Assembly (NCBI GenBank): GCA_023144035.1
Contig: JAGLGM010000001.1
Span: forward strand, 1,091-65,090
Direction: 5' to 3'
DNA from: Candidatus Pacearchaeota archaeon
GTDB lineage: Archaea; Nanobdellota; Nanobdellia; Pacearchaeales; GW2011-AR1
Length of the DNA stretch: 64,000 nucleotides
The stretch's first letter is position 1. Each line of letters begins with the position of its first letter. Below, piece by piece: positions 49,321-60,047 of this stretch. The notes beneath the pieces are model-generated. The model did no database searches, was not told where the DNA came from, and worked only from the letters and a program-made list of their open reading frames with translations. The position numbers and the translations under genes are program-made.

Positions 49321-49668
49321 ATGGGAGATTTAGAAAACTTATCTCAAACAGAAATACAAACTACTGAAAAAATACAAGAATTATTAAAAATACTTTCTGA
49401 CAAAAAATGTAGAAATCCAAAAGGAAAGAATTTATCAATTTTTTCTAAAAAAGATCATTATCATTTACCTTCATCTCAAAAAAATGTAAGAATTATAGAT
49501 ACTTGTAAAATGACTAAAAAACATCCTTTTTATATAAGATATTTTGCAAGGCAAGAATTAAAAGAAATTTACAAAGAATTATCTGATGGACAAGAAAAAA
49601 ATCAAGTAAAAGATATGCTTTCAAAAACTGGAGTTTATAATTGTCTTATGAAAAAAATTGGTTTATGA
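49321..49668 (+). CDS. Hypothetical protein
   Basis: ATG ORF with upstream TATA-like box. Confidence 0.45.
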   Translation: MGDLENLSQTEIQTTEKIQELLKILSDKKCRNPKGKNLSIFSKKDHYHLPSSQKNVRIIDTCKMTKKHPFYIRYFARQELKEIYKELSDGQEKNQVKDMLSKTGVYNCLMKKIGL

Positions 49669-49712
49669 TTATTGGTTTTTGAGGGTTAAATAAAAAATTA
49701 AAAAGAAAAAAG

Positions 49713-50015
49713 CTAATCTTGAGAATTTAAGATTCTCTCTTCTGTTTCATCTGAGAAATCTAAAAATAAAGGATATTTAAGATATGTCTTAAATTTTGTC
49801 CTAAAAATTTCATCTTGTTCTCTAACATAATTAACTACCATTTTTAATCCTTTATTACATTTTTGATTATCAGCCATATAAATTGCTAATTCTTTTGGAT
49901 TCATTGTTCTTAATCTTTTTAAAACAGAAGATTCCAAATTTTCTGTATTAGGATTTTCAAATAAAGAAACCAACTCTTCCACAGATTTAGGATAATTCAT
50001 CATTCTGTCAACCAT
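49713..50015 (-). CDS. Hypothetical cassette protein
   Basis: Preceded by the shared repeat/promoter at 50044-50058. Confidence 0.5.
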   Translation of the reverse strand: MVDRMMNYPKSVEELVSLFENPNTENLESSVLKRLRTMNPKELAIYMADNQKCNKGLKMVVNYVREQDEIFRTKFKTYLKYPLFLDFSDETEERILNSQD

Positions 50016-50058
50016 ACCTTTTATTCTATCTTATTATTTAAGTATTATTATACTAGAA

Positions 50059-50262
50059 TTATTCATCCTTCTTCTTAAAATTATAATTAAGTAAATTTTG
50101 AACTATTTGTTCTTCCATAACTACTCTGGCTTCTAACATTTTTGAGGGAGGCATAGCAAGACAATTAGATATAAATTTCTTATAAACTTCCTTATTTTTT
50201 TCTATATATTTAACTGCCTTTTCATAAGACATATAACCTATATTTTTTAAATTGTTAAGCAT
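50059..50262 (-). CDS. Hypothetical cassette protein ending DE* like GyrA
   Basis: Bounded on both sides by the repeat. Confidence 0.5.
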   Translation of the reverse strand: MLNNLKNIGYMSYEKAVKYIEKNKEVYKKFISNCLAMPPSKMLEARVVMEEQIVQNLLNYNFKKKDE

Positions 50263-50348
50263 ATATTTTTAAGTTAAAGGACTTTTTTAAATATTATTAT
50301 ACTAGAATCAATCATTCATCACAATTATTGTTAGAAATCTTACAAAAT

Positions 50349-50600
50349 TTATTTTACTAGCCCTTTTAATTCATTTGCAACTTCTTCTGAAAGATTCTTA
50401 CACATTATTAAAAATTTTCCATCAATTGACTTTGTAATAACCTGACCATCATTTTTTAGATAAAAACATGCTGATTTTTCTTTTTGGTCTATTTGTATAT
50501 TTTCTTTTATTTTATCTAAATAATCTGTTATTCCACCTATTTGCATAACACTGCATACTAAAGATCCTTGATATATCCAATTGACTTTTTCTAAACTCAT
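50349..50600 (-). CDS. Hypothetical cassette protein
   Basis: Preceded by the repeat at 50631-50645. Confidence 0.5.
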   Translation of the reverse strand: MSLEKVNWIYQGSLVCSVMQIGGITDYLDKIKENIQIDQKEKSACFYLKNDGQVITKSIDGKFLIMCKNLSEEVANELKGLVK

Positions 50601-50697
50601 ACAAAATCCATCAATCCTTTATTTTTAAAGATTATTATACTAGAACTAATAGAGGTTAAGAAGGAAATTATTTAAGTGCAAGGTTCTTAAAAAAGAT

Positions 50698-50883
50698 ATG
50701 AAATATAAAGTACACAAATTGAATCTTAAGTTATCAAAAGAATCTAAGATGTTAGAAAACTTCCTTAATAATTTAAAGGGAGAAGTAGTATCAATAATAC
50801 CTGATGTTAGAAATTTTTTCTTATTTTATGGTGCAAGAGTAAGTTCTGTTATTATTGTTGAAAAGATAAAAGGTAAGAAATAG
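50698..50883 (+). CDS. Small hypothetical protein
   Basis: LENFLNNLKGEVVSIIP; TTTAAG box upstream. Confidence 0.5.
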   Translation: MKYKVHKLNLKLSKESKMLENFLNNLKGEVVSIIPDVRNFFLFYGARVSSVIIVEKIKGKK

Positions 50884-50927
50884 TTAATTCTAAATATGAT
50901 TGGTTATTAGAGGATTCATGGAAAAAA

Positions 50928-51605
50928 TTATTTAATTTTTGATTCCAAATTGTGGTAAGATTTAGGAATATTTTCTACTTGTTCTATTTGATATTTTTGA
51001 GATTCTTTAGCTTTATTAGGAGTTGCAGAATATATTAAACCCATTGCCCCCATAGACGCAGCAATTAAACCAACTGCAATTGTTTTTTTAATTTTTGAAC
51101 CTTGCCTTTTTACTAAATTAGGATATGATTTTCTATTACATTCTTTTATTCCTGTTAAATCTCTAAAAACATCTATAGAATATCCCATAGGACTTCCATT
51201 AATTCCTCCGAGTATTGAAGCACTTATAGTTCCTATTGCTATTTTCTTGAAATCTAAATCTTCTCCAGCCATTAATTGAGACAAAGTATACATTGGAGGT
51301 GTAATAGCTAAATTCAATGCAAAAGCATACCCTATATCATGAGCATGTTGAACTACTTCTTTTGTTTTATTTGTGATTTTAAACAATTTTTTAGATAAAT
51401 CTCTCCCTTTTCCAAAAACATAACCAAGACCTCCACAAGCAACAATAGTTCCTACTACTCTGGCATTTATTGACATTTCGTCAGACATTCCAGCAACACC
51501 TACTTCAATAGCAGCAAAAAGAGGATGAGATTCTACTAACATTGCAAGAGTATCTACTGCATAAAACTTTGAGTCTTTCTTTATCCAATCTTTAACTTTT
51601 CCCAT
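50928..51605 (-). CDS. AlaE-like (L-alanine exporter family) membrane protein
   Basis: VDTLAM...IEVGVAGMS..SINAR resembles the AlaE N-terminus. Confidence 0.5.
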   Translation of the reverse strand: MGKVKDWIKKDSKFYAVDTLAMLVESHPLFAAIEVGVAGMSDEMSINARVVGTIVACGGLGYVFGKGRDLSKKLFKITNKTKEVVQHAHDIGYAFALNLAITPPMYTLSQLMAGEDLDFKKIAIGTISASILGGINGSPMGYSIDVFRDLTGIKECNRKSYPNLVKRQGSKIKKTIAVGLIAASMGAMGLIYSATPNKAKESQKYQIEQVENIPKSYHNLESKIK

Positions 51606-51867
51606 ATTTCTCTCTTATTCTTTTTACTTATAAATCTTACTAATTATAATCAACAAATATAAAGATCTTAGATTCTTAACTAATTCATGGAAAGAAAAAC
51701 ACTTCTAATAATATTAATAATACTAATTTTAGGAGTAATAGGATTATCTGTTTTCCTTATTTTCCTTAGACAGAGAGCAACTCTTAAAAAACACCTTATT
51801 TTCCCTATAAAAATATAGGATAGTGTGTGTGAGCAACACCTTTATAAAGAATAAATCATTTTAATTA

Positions 51868-51949
51868 TTACATCAAAAGCCATGAGGTTCAACCAATGCT
51901 ATTTGGGGGGGCTAATTGGGTGTTACATTCTAACGAATCATTGATGTAA
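51868..51949 (-). ncRNA. Candidate structured RNA at the 3' end of a DUF3800-like gene
   Basis: GC-richer island closed by TTACATCAA/TTGATGTAA; inner CCAAT/ATTGG stem. Confidence 0.4.
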
Positions 51950-52462
51950 CTTTTTCCTTTTATTAAGAAATTTTTCTATATCCTCTAATGTAATATTAAC
52001 ATAAGTATCTAAACGATTCTCAATATCATTTGACATCAATTTGGCATACCTATGTGCTAAAGACCAAGGAGGCAATTTTTGATGTAATGGAACCCCTATT
52101 TTCATTCTTCCTTTCTCTTGCAATAAAAATTTTAAATTTTGGTCTATTATTCGTTCTTTATTAGAAAAATCTCTACAAATTGTTAAAGAAATTTTTTCCT
52201 TTATGTTTAATGATTTAAACAAGTAATAAATAATTATACAATATATTCTAACTTTAAAAGTGCCTCTCTTAGTTTCAAATGAGTTATAAGGATAACGATA
52301 TTTATTTTCTTCCCATTTTTTTACTATTATTTTTATAAGTTCTTCATCGAATCTAAATCCTTTTATTTGACTTTTTCCATTCACACTTTGTTTATTTGCT
52401 ATACAAATAGTATATCTTGGAATAAATAAATCGCTTCCACTAACATCAATTTCAAATTTCAT
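51938..52462 (-). CDS. Hypothetical protein, DUF3800/RNase H-like N-terminal motif
   Basis: Start taken at MKFEIDVSG (cf. YIDESG); ICRDF; SLAH. Confidence 0.45.
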   Translation of the reverse strand: MKFEIDVSGSDLFIPRYTICIANKQSVNGKSQIKGFRFDEELIKIIVKKWEENKYRYPYNSFETKRGTFKVRIYCIIIYYLFKSLNIKEKISLTICRDFSNKERIIDQNLKFLLQEKGRMKIGVPLHQKLPPWSLAHRYAKLMSNDIENRLDTYVNITLEDIEKFLNKRKKLHQ

Positions 52463-52526
52463 ATAAAAGAATATCCCTCCCAGTTTATAAGACTTTGGCG
52501 TTACTTTATTTTTTTCAGAATAAAAC

Positions 52527-52949
52527 CTAATCACAACCCAAATATTTCCTCATATTCCTATTACTCAAATCTTTCTTAGGTTTAGAAAAATGCACATCAT
52601 ATTCCAAACCCATTGAGTGATACACATTTGTCCATTCATTATGGTCAGTTAGATTATCATTATTTATATCAGCTACTAATTTCAATTCATTATATAATTT
52701 ATTTCTTTCATTGAAATATTTAATATTACTATGTACATTGTAAATAAGAAACAAACTCATCGCTCCAATAATTAATAGGCCTTTTAATCTTTCTTTTCTT
52801 GTAAATGTTTTATCTTCTAAATCTGTTTCATGTAAGCTCATCTTTCCCTCATTTATTAAAGAACCTCCTACTTTAATTTTTGTTTTTCCCATTTTAACCT
52901 CCGTACCTTCTGTATTTTTTACACCATCTGAAGAAATTATGAAAGTCAT
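52527..52949 (-). CDS. Single-TM protein with EF-hand-like motif
   Basis: ADINNDNLTDHNEW; GGAGG precedes the internal MGKTK (probable start). Confidence 0.5.
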   Translation of the reverse strand: MTFIISSDGVKNTEGTEVKMGKTKIKVGGSLINEGKMSLHETDLEDKTFTRKERLKGLLIIGAMSLFLIYNVHSNIKYFNERNKLYNELKLVADINNDNLTDHNEWTNVYHSMGLEYDVHFSKPKKDLSNRNMRKYLGCD

Positions 52950-53617
52950 TTTTTAATTTCCTTATAGCTTTTTATACATTCTTTAGATAACTCTCCTCTT
53001 CCTAATACTAAATATCTAAAATTACCACTTCTTAATTCACTAGAAAAACCCATGGGAACACTAGAAATTATTACCTCTTTTCCAGCTCTTTTAATTAATT
53101 CCATAGAAGGAATAAAATCGGCATCTCCAGAAAGAAGGATACAACAATCACATTCTTCTTCAATTAAACATTTAGCAATCATATCTACAGCTATTTTCAC
53201 ATCAATTCCTTTTTCTTTTTTTAAAACAGTCCCTAAGGAATCTATAAAGGCAGTTTCTACTGCTGGTTTGCACACTTTACATAAATCTAAAAGCCCTATT
53301 ATCTCTTTTCTCTCAGCAATAATTTCTTTAGTTGAATTTCTTTGCAATTTTCTTACTGTGACTTTAAGCCCTTCTTTTTTTAAATCAGATAAATATTCCA
53401 TATGCCTATAATACATTGTTTGCCCATCTGCAAGACTTGGAACAGAATTATAATATCTTATTTCTACGACATCTAAATCAAACTTTTTAGCAATAAATTT
53501 AGAAAGTTTCCAAAAATCAATATCTGATGGCTTTGAAACCCATTTTTTTACATTATGATACCAATTATTTCCATCTATAAATACAATTACTCTTTTGTTA
53601 GACATATAAAAAAACAA
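52946..53617 (-). CDS. NYN (LabA/DUF88) PIN-like nuclease
   Basis: VFIDGNN, EKGIDVKIAVDM, LSGDADF; CxxC insert; probable ATG at MSNKR. Confidence 0.9.
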   Translation of the reverse strand: MFFYMSNKRVIVFIDGNNWYHNVKKWVSKPSDIDFWKLSKFIAKKFDLDVVEIRYYNSVPSLADGQTMYYRHMEYLSDLKKEGLKVTVRKLQRNSTKEIIAERKEIIGLLDLCKVCKPAVETAFIDSLGTVLKKEKGIDVKIAVDMIAKCLIEEECDCCILLSGDADFIPSMELIKRAGKEVIISSVPMGFSSELRSGNFRYLVLGRGELSKECIKSYKEIKK

Positions 53618-53644
53618 GGAAAGGATATAAATAAATCTTTCTAG

Positions 53645-53698
53645 ATTATAAGCCCCGCATTCCTCCTATAAAAGAAGTCATACGGGGGATATTATAAT
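53645..53698 (-). ncRNA. Candidate hairpin RNA upstream of the NYN gene
   Basis: CCCCGTAT-GA-CTTCT-loop-AGGAG-GA-ATGCGGGG; lies between two TATA-like boxes. Confidence 0.45.
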
Positions 53699-53760
53699 AT
53701 ATTATAATCAAATATATTTATAAACCTTACTAAATCCCTTATAAATTTTCCTAGAATCAA

Positions 53761-56700
53761 TCATTCATCCCCATTGCCATTGTGAACCTTAATCAAATCA
53801 GTCACTTTATCACCTTGTGCAAGCTTAACAATTCTAACACCTTGAGCTGCCCTACCCATTACTCTGATATTCTTTAAAGAAGTCCTTATTACTATTCCTT
53901 TAGCAGTTGTCATTATGATTCCATCTTCTGCATTTACTGACACAGCATTAACAACATCTCCTGTTTTTGTTGATATTTTTAAATTAATAACACCCTTACC
54001 ACCTCTTGCTGTTTTTCTATAATCTTTAACAGCAGTTCTTTTACCATAACCATTTTCAGTAATTGTAAGAATTGCTTCTGTATCTAATATTTCTAAACTT
54101 ACTACTTTATCTTCCTTATCCATTCTAATTCCTGTAACACCATAACTTGCTCTTCCCATATTTCTTATAGAATCAGAATCAAATCTAATTGCTTTTCCTT
54201 TTTGAGTAGCTAGTGAAACTTCTTGACCTTTTTTAACAACTTCTACTCCAATTAAAAAGTCAGAATTATCAACAGGTAAATTAATAGCTTTAATACCTGA
54301 AGCTCTTGGTTTTGCAAAATTACTCAAAGCTATTTTCTTAACCATTCCTTTTTGAGTAGCCATAAATAAATTATCTTCAAAAGTATTTACAGAAATAACA
54401 TTTGTAATTTTCTCATCTTTTAAACTTAAAAGATTAATCAAAGCTTTTCCTTTACTATATTTTTCTGCACTAGGTATATCATATGCTTTAAGCCATAAAA
54501 CCCTTCCTCTTGTAGTAAAGAACATTAAATAATCATGAGTAGAACAAGTAATCAACTGCTTTACAAAATCACCAGTTGCTAAATTACTTCCAATACTTCC
54601 TTTCCCGCCTCTTTTTTGTTCTCTATATTCTTTAACATCCATTCTTTTACAATATCCTTTATCTGTAATAGTCACAACAACTTCTTTTTCTTGAACCAAA
54701 TCTTTCTCAGAAATCTCAGATAATCTTTTCATAACTTGCGTTCTTCTATTGTCTCCATATTTATTCTTTAACTCATTAATTTCTTTTACAATTATTTTTA
54801 AAACTTCCTTAATATCTCCTAAAATCTTTTCATATTCTGCTATTTTTTCTTTCAACTCTTTAGCTTCTTTTTTAAGTTTATCAACTTCTAATGAAGTTAA
54901 TTGCTGTAACTTAGTTTCTAAAACAGCTTGAGCTTGTTTTCTAGTTAATTTAAATTTATTAATCAAACCTTCCAAAGCTTCTGCAGTATTCTTAGATTTT
55001 TTAATTAAAGTTATAACAGCATCTATATTTTTTAAAGCAATTAACATACCTTCAACGATTTCTTGTCTTTCTTTTGCTTTTTTAAGTTCATATTTAACTC
55101 TATTAGTAATCATAATTTTTCTATACTTAACATATTCTTCAACAACTTGTTTTAAATTCATAATCTTTGGTTGTCCGCCTACTAAAGCTAAAAAATTAAC
55201 ATTAAATGAATCTTGAAGTCTAGTATATTTATACAAAGAATTAATAACAAATTTAGAATCTACTCCTTTTCTTAATTCAATAACAATTCTAATCTTTCCT
55301 TTAGAAGATTCATCTCTTAAATCAGAAACATCTTTAATCTTTTTATTTTGAACAAGGTTTGCAATTTGTTCAACTAATGTAGATTTATTTAACATATAAG
55401 GAATCTCTGTAATTACAATTGCTTCTTTTTTCTTGATTGTCTCAGTAGTTAATCTTCCTCTCATTATCATTCTTCCTTTTCCTGTTTTGTATAATTCTTC
55501 CATATCTCCAAAAACAGTTCCACCAGTAGGAAAATCAGGTCCAGTAACAATTTGAGAAAGTTCAGGAATTGTTATATTTGGTTTTTTAATATAAGCAATA
55601 AGAGCATCACATACTTCTGTTAAATTATGTGGAGGAATATTAGTAGCCATACCAACTGCAATACCTGTTGCACCATTTAACATTAATAATGGAATTTTAC
55701 CAGGAAGTAATTCAGGTTCTTTCATTGAATTATCATAATTAGGATTAAACTTTACTGTCTCTTTATCAATATCTTGTAATACTTCCATAGAGATTGGCAT
55801 TAATCTTGTTTCTGTATTATGACTAATAAATCCATTTGAAATAAAAGAATGACAATTGCTATCTACTTTAACAGAATAAACTTTTTGAGAACCTACATCT
55901 TCTATTGAAACAACTCTATCAAATAGATATTGATATGTCAAAAAGAACTCAAATATAGAAGAGTAATCTTCTCCTGTTCTTTGTTTTAAAATTTGGCAGA
56001 TTCTTTCATAATTCTGCCCCATACTAGAATACCTATCAAAATTGTGCTTCATAACAAATTCATCACCAGAATATTTTGCCAATCCCCTAATAAAATCAGA
56101 AATAAAAGGAACAAAATCTGTAGTGGAATAATCTTTTTTATAATTTACAACAACAAATTCTAATTTGGCACTCTTTCTCTGAGAAATAAAACCTATCTCT
56201 TTGTAAAATCTTGAAATATTTCTTTTACTCCTCAAATATAATTTAAAAACATTCTTATATTTATCAAATCTCTTAAAACTTTCTATACCAAATCTTAAGA
56301 AAACTAATTGTAATTGGGTTATAAGTTTTTCACTCATAGAACAACAACTTAGTTCAATCATCTTCTTAGAATAACTTATACTTCCATCTCCTTCAAAATA
56401 AGCTCTTAAAAATGAAGACAAAACTTTCTTTGGGGAAATAAACAATAAATTAGGTATTGTTTTCTTACCAGATTTTACAGCTTCTAATCCAATATTTCTC
56501 AAAAATTCAAGAGTATATCTACAATGACATTCTAATCTAAAATAATCTTTTTTCCCGTATGAACTTGGCTTTCTTTTAAAATTATGTAAAGTGCTATCTG
56601 GAAATAATTTTCTCCATTTTTCTTCAAATATTTTTATTAATTGCTCATCAGAATTACAAAACTCTAACTTGTTTTTAGAAATTGAGCCTTCTGAAATCAG

Positions 56701-58713
56701 TAAACCTAAAATCATTGCTAAATCATTATTTAATTTTTCAGGTAAAATCCTTTTATGTTGATGTTTACTTTTAATTACAGGACAATATTTTTTTAATTCA
56801 ATCTCATTTTCAGGCCAAAAATTATCATTTAACCTATCTAAAACAGTAATATCTCCTTCTTTAATTTGTTCTAACAATTTCCAACAAAAAGCAGGCTTTC
56901 CAAATTCATCCTTTATTAAAGTTAAAACAGGGTGGTTTTTGGTTCCAGTTAAATTATACCCTTTATTTGTAGTTATTTTTATTGTTTCATGCTCTCCTGA
57001 ATCAAACCATTTTGAAGCATTGTTAATTTTTTTGTCTTTACTCATTATCTTTAAATCTATATCTTCTTTAGTTGAAATTTCATCAGCTCTCTGTAAACCT
57101 TTTTCAGTAACAATTAAAGAATCTCCTGCAACACAATATCTCATAGCAGCAGGAGGATCACCGTCAATTGAGTTATGTACAAAAACTCCAGAAGATAAAG
57201 CAAAATTATGTGTCTTATCTACAGTAATATCATAAACAGCAACAAATTCATTTAATAATTCTGTCCTAACAACTTTATGATTTCCATTTAATTCTAAAAG
57301 AACTAAATTTTTACTATCTTGAAAGTATTTTTTAATTCCTAAATCCCAGCTAGTGAAGCTTTTTGTTCCAAAAACTTCTTTTCTCACTCTTTCATAATTT
57401 TCATTATTTATACTTAAATTATTTTCAATAAGATGGCTACATATATTAAGAAACTTTTTCTTTCCAGTAAGATTAGTCTCTCTTTTTTTATTAGAAGCAA
57501 TTATTTTTTCATTAAACAATTTTTTATATTTTGGAATTTGCCACAATCCTTTCATAGTTATAGAAGCTGTTTTTCTTATTTCTTCAATTCTTTCAGGATG
57601 TTCTTTTAAATATTTTTTATTGATTTCACTCAAAGTTATAGTCATTTGTTTCCTATAATCATCTTTTTTCCAATTTTTCAGATTTCTTTCAGACATTCTT
57701 TTAGAATAAGCTTCTCTATTTTTTTTATTACTCCAAAATCTCTTTCTACCTTCATCTAATTTCTTTCTATATTCAGGGTCTGTTTTATGTTTTTGAGAAG
57801 TAAAATTATGGTGAACATTCCAATGTTCTTTCCAAAACATCCTTCTAATATTATCTGGATCATTATTTAATTTATCAAAGTCTACATGATGACGAATCCT
57901 ACCTGTGTTTTTTTGATAAATATTATTGTGTATATTCCAATCATCAGCAAGCATATGTACAAAATCCCAAGAATCTTTTTTTGGTTGAAAAACCATATTA
58001 TAGCCAATAAGTTTTGGATTAGAATCATCTTTTTTTGTAGACAATTTCATATAAACAGGCATTAATGAATCTCCAGAATCTAGATCTTTAGCTTCTTTAT
58101 AACTTCCATCTCTTAACATAAATTTGTGATTTAAAGTACATTTTATTTCTTCACCATTATCTAAAACTACTTTCATAACTTCTGTATTTATTTTGGTCTT
58201 TCTTGGATTTTTAATTTCAGCCATTTTAACATTTAAATCCTCATCAATTGTAAAAGTAAAATTTCTTTTCCCTTGCTTATTTTCTTTTATCAACTCTAAA
58301 AAAGATAAATCTCTTCCATCAGTTAATTTAACTTCAGTATCTGCAGTAAAACAACCAAAATTACCTTGTCCAAATACTAAAGGATATCTTAAAGAAAAAT
58401 TCTGTGCCATTCTAACCATTGCATCATAAACAGCAACATCTCCGTGAGGATGATATTTACCAATAACATCTCCAACTAATCTTGCGGACTTTTTAGTTTG
58501 AGTATTTGGTTTTAAACCCATTTGATTCATTGCATATAAAATTCTTCTTTGAACAGGTTTTAATCCATCTTCAATTGCAGGTATAGCTCGACTAACAATA
58601 ACACTCATAGCATAATCTAAATATGCTTTTTTCATTTCTCCAGTTACTTCTGTATTAACTATTCCTTTTTCCATATCTTTTAACTCTGATTCATCTGCTT
58701 TCTTTGGTGTCAT
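53761..58713 (-). CDS. gyrA: DNA gyrase subunit A with two inteins (mature ~816 aa)
   Basis: [34 protein letters not shown], GyrA-box QKRGGKG, beta-pinwheel repeats. Confidence 0.97.
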   Translation of the reverse strand: MTPKKADESELKDMEKGIVNTEVTGEMKKAYLDYAMSVIVSRAIPAIEDGLKPVQRRILYAMNQMGLKPNTQTKKSARLVGDVIGKYHPHGDVAVYDAMVRMAQNFSLRYPLVFGQGNFGCFTADTEVKLTDGRDLSFLELIKENKQGKRNFTFTIDEDLNVKMAEIKNPRKTKINTEVMKVVLDNGEEIKCTLNHKFMLRDGSYKEAKDLDSGDSLMPVYMKLSTKKDDSNPKLIGYNMVFQPKKDSWDFVHMLADDWNIHNNIYQKNTGRIRHHVDFDKLNNDPDNIRRMFWKEHWNVHHNFTSQKHKTDPEYRKKLDEGRKRFWSNKKNREAYSKRMSERNLKNWKKDDYRKQMTITLSEINKKYLKEHPERIEEIRKTASITMKGLWQIPKYKKLFNEKIIASNKKRETNLTGKKKFLNICSHLIENNLSINNENYERVRKEVFGTKSFTSWDLGIKKYFQDSKNLVLLELNGNHKVVRTELLNEFVAVYDITVDKTHNFALSSGVFVHNSIDGDPPAAMRYCVAGDSLIVTEKGLQRADEISTKEDIDLKIMSKDKKINNASKWFDSGEHETIKITTNKGYNLTGTKNHPVLTLIKDEFGKPAFCWKLLEQIKEGDITVLDRLNDNFWPENEIELKKYCPVIKSKHQHKRILPEKLNNDLAMILGLLISEGSISKNKLEFCNSDEQLIKIFEEKWRKLFPDSTLHNFKRKPSSYGKKDYFRLECHCRYTLEFLRNIGLEAVKSGKKTIPNLLFISPKKVLSSFLRAYFEGDGSISYSKKMIELSCCSMSEKLITQLQLVFLRFGIESFKRFDKYKNVFKLYLRSKRNISRFYKEIGFISQRKSAKLEFVVVNYKKDYSTTDFVPFISDFIRGLAKYSGDEFVMKHNFDRYSSMGQNYERICQILKQRTGEDYSSIFEFFLTYQYLFDRVVSIEDVGSQKVYSVKVDSNCHSFISNGFISHNTETRLMPISMEVLQDIDKETVKFNPNYDNSMKEPELLPGKIPLLMLNGATGIAVGMATNIPPHNLTEVCDALIAYIKKPNITIPELSQIVTGPDFPTGGTVFGDMEELYKTGKGRMIMRGRLTTETIKKKEAIVITEIPYMLNKSTLVEQIANLVQNKKIKDVSDLRDESSKGKIRIVIELRKGVDSKFVINSLYKYTRLQDSFNVNFLALVGGQPKIMNLKQVVEEYVKYRKIMITNRVKYELKKAKERQEIVEGMLIALKNIDAVITLIKKSKNTAEALEGLINKFKLTRKQAQAVLETKLQQLTSLEVDKLKKEAKELKEKIAEYEKILGDIKEVLKIIVKEINELKNKYGDNRRTQVMKRLSEISEKDLVQEKEVVVTITDKGYCKRMDVKEYREQKRGGKGSIGSNLATGDFVKQLITCSTHDYLMFFTTRGRVLWLKAYDIPSAEKYSKGKALINLLSLKDEKITNVISVNTFEDNLFMATQKGMVKKIALSNFAKPRASGIKAINLPVDNSDFLIGVEVVKKGQEVSLATQKGKAIRFDSDSIRNMGRASYGVTGIRMDKEDKVVSLEILDTEAILTITENGYGKRTAVKDYRKTARGGKGVINLKISTKTGDVVNAVSVNAEDGIIMTTAKGIVIRTSLKNIRVMGRAAQGVRIVKLAQGDKVTDLIKVHNGNGDE
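55816..57135 (-). mobile_element. Intein 2 (440 aa) with LAGLIDADG homing endonuclease, directly after the catalytic Tyr
   Basis: Y|CVAGDS...ISHN|T; LGLLISEG and LRAYFEGDG. Confidence 0.92.
57172..58353 (-). mobile_element. Intein 1 (394 aa) with HNH-type endonuclease
   Basis: G|CFTADT...FVHN|S; [14 protein letters not shown]...EH; basic helical repeats. Confidence 0.9.
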
Positions 58714-58762
58714 TTTTTCATTTCCACAAGATTTAAATATATCATTCGCTTAAATATTTTAT

Positions 58763-58837
58763 TAATAGATGAAAGAACTCTGACGAATCCCGTCCCTAGA
58801 GGCGGTTAGTAGGATTGACGAATTCCCGATTCTATTA
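58763..58837 (-). ncRNA. Candidate structured RNA at the 3' end of a DUF3800-like gene
   Basis: Nested stems TAATAGA/TCTATTA, GGGAATTC/GAGTTCTT, AATCC/GGATT. Confidence 0.5.
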
Positions 58838-59293
58838 TCTTTTCCTCCTTTCAATATTTAATGTTGTATCAATAATTAAACTCATTTTATATTCCTTTGA
58901 ACCTTTTCTTAATTCACTTTCTTTTACAATTTGAGTTTTTCCACCATCAATAAGATCAATCATTTTTCTAAATTTTCTATATTGATAATCATCAATTGAA
59001 ATAAAGATTATGCAATTATTATTTCTCTTAATAAACTCGAAAACTTCAATAAAAATATCCATATTATCCCTACAACTCTTAATTTTTTTCTTAAACAATA
59101 AAGAATCTATTTTTTCTCTTACAAATAATTTTTTCATAGAATTCAAATATGCTCTCTTGTGTTTTAAATTTTTATAATGTTTTAATTTGGAAATTTTCGG
59201 AAGTAATTCTCTTATTTTACTTTTTTCAATAATATTATAACCAATTAAATTTTCAGAATAATCTATATAAATATAATAATCAAATTCTTTCAT
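58835..59293 (-). CDS. Hypothetical protein, DUF3800/RNase H-like N-terminal motif
   Basis: YIYIDYSE, ISIDD, LIIDT acidic residue pattern. Confidence 0.5.
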   Translation of the reverse strand: MKEFDYYIYIDYSENLIGYNIIEKSKIRELLPKISKLKHYKNLKHKRAYLNSMKKLFVREKIDSLLFKKKIKSCRDNMDIFIEVFEFIKRNNNCIIFISIDDYQYRKFRKMIDLIDGGKTQIVKESELRKGSKEYKMSLIIDTTLNIERRKR

Positions 59294-59730
59294 GCTACTT
59301 CCCCCTTATCTTCAAAGTTTTTAACTAATTTAAAAGATGATTGAATTTTATCACCTAAGCCATCTACAATTTTAATATTAAGTTCATTACAAATTTTTGA
59401 TTCAGGAATATCAGTATTTGTTTCAGTAGAACCTTGTTTTTTTCTATCTCCACCATTTGCAAAAATATTAGGTTTTACTAATTCAAGGGATTTACAAACA
59501 GTTCTATCTGTATCAATACTTACAATTGCTTCACTAACACAACTTAATTCTTGAATAATCTTTTTTCTTTCTTCTGCAAGCATAAACACTTTGCCTTTTT
59601 TCATTTTAGTTTGTTTATCATTATTAACAATTACAACTAAACTATCTCCAAGTGCTCTTGCTAACTTAAATAATTCTATATGTCCAATATGTAATGGGTC
59701 AAAATATCCACTTACTGCTACTTTTGTCAT
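59290..59730 (-). CDS. Cytidylyltransferase-like (HIGH) nucleotidyltransferase
   Basis: SGYFDPLHIGHI, FANGGDR, KIQSS. Confidence 0.85.
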   Translation of the reverse strand: MTKVAVSGYFDPLHIGHIELFKLARALGDSLVVIVNNDKQTKMKKGKVFMLAEERKKIIQELSCVSEAIVSIDTDRTVCKSLELVKPNIFANGGDRKKQGSTETNTDIPESKICNELNIKIVDGLGDKIQSSFKLVKNFEDKGEVA

Positions 59731-60047
59731 TTTAATTTACTCTCCAACAATGTTTTTTCATAGTTTCTTTCTTCAATTTCATCTTTAATTAAATTAATTC
59801 CTTTCAAACTTAAAGCACCTTTTCCTTCACTAACACGTTCAGCAATATTCTTCATTATGTCTTGAACTCGTTTAGGATAAAATTTTCCTGTATCTATTTG
59901 TTTCTCCATTTCATCAAAACTTTGATTAAGTTCTTCCTTAGTTATTCCATACTTTTTAAGTTCTTCATCAGTTGTACTTGTTACAATATTTTTTAAAGCA
60001 AAATGATAAAGATTTCTTCTCCTTCTTCTCATTCTCATTTCTTTCAT
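59727..60047 (-). CDS. Hypothetical protein
   Basis: ATG overlaps the stop of a KGEEVA* repeat copy. Confidence 0.45.
   Translation of the reverse strand: MKEMRMRRRRRNLYHFALKNIVTSTTDEELKKYGITKEELNQSFDEMEKQIDTGKFYPKRVQDIMKNIAERVSEGKGALSLKGINLIKDEIEERNYEKTLLESKLK

Larger units (their letters stand above)
50044..53769 (-). repeat. Repeat family derived from the gyrA 3' end plus promoter
   Basis: CTAGAATCAATCATTCATC exact at 50302-50320 and 53751-53769; ATTATTATACTAGAA at 50044, 50293 and 50631. Confidence 0.8.
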
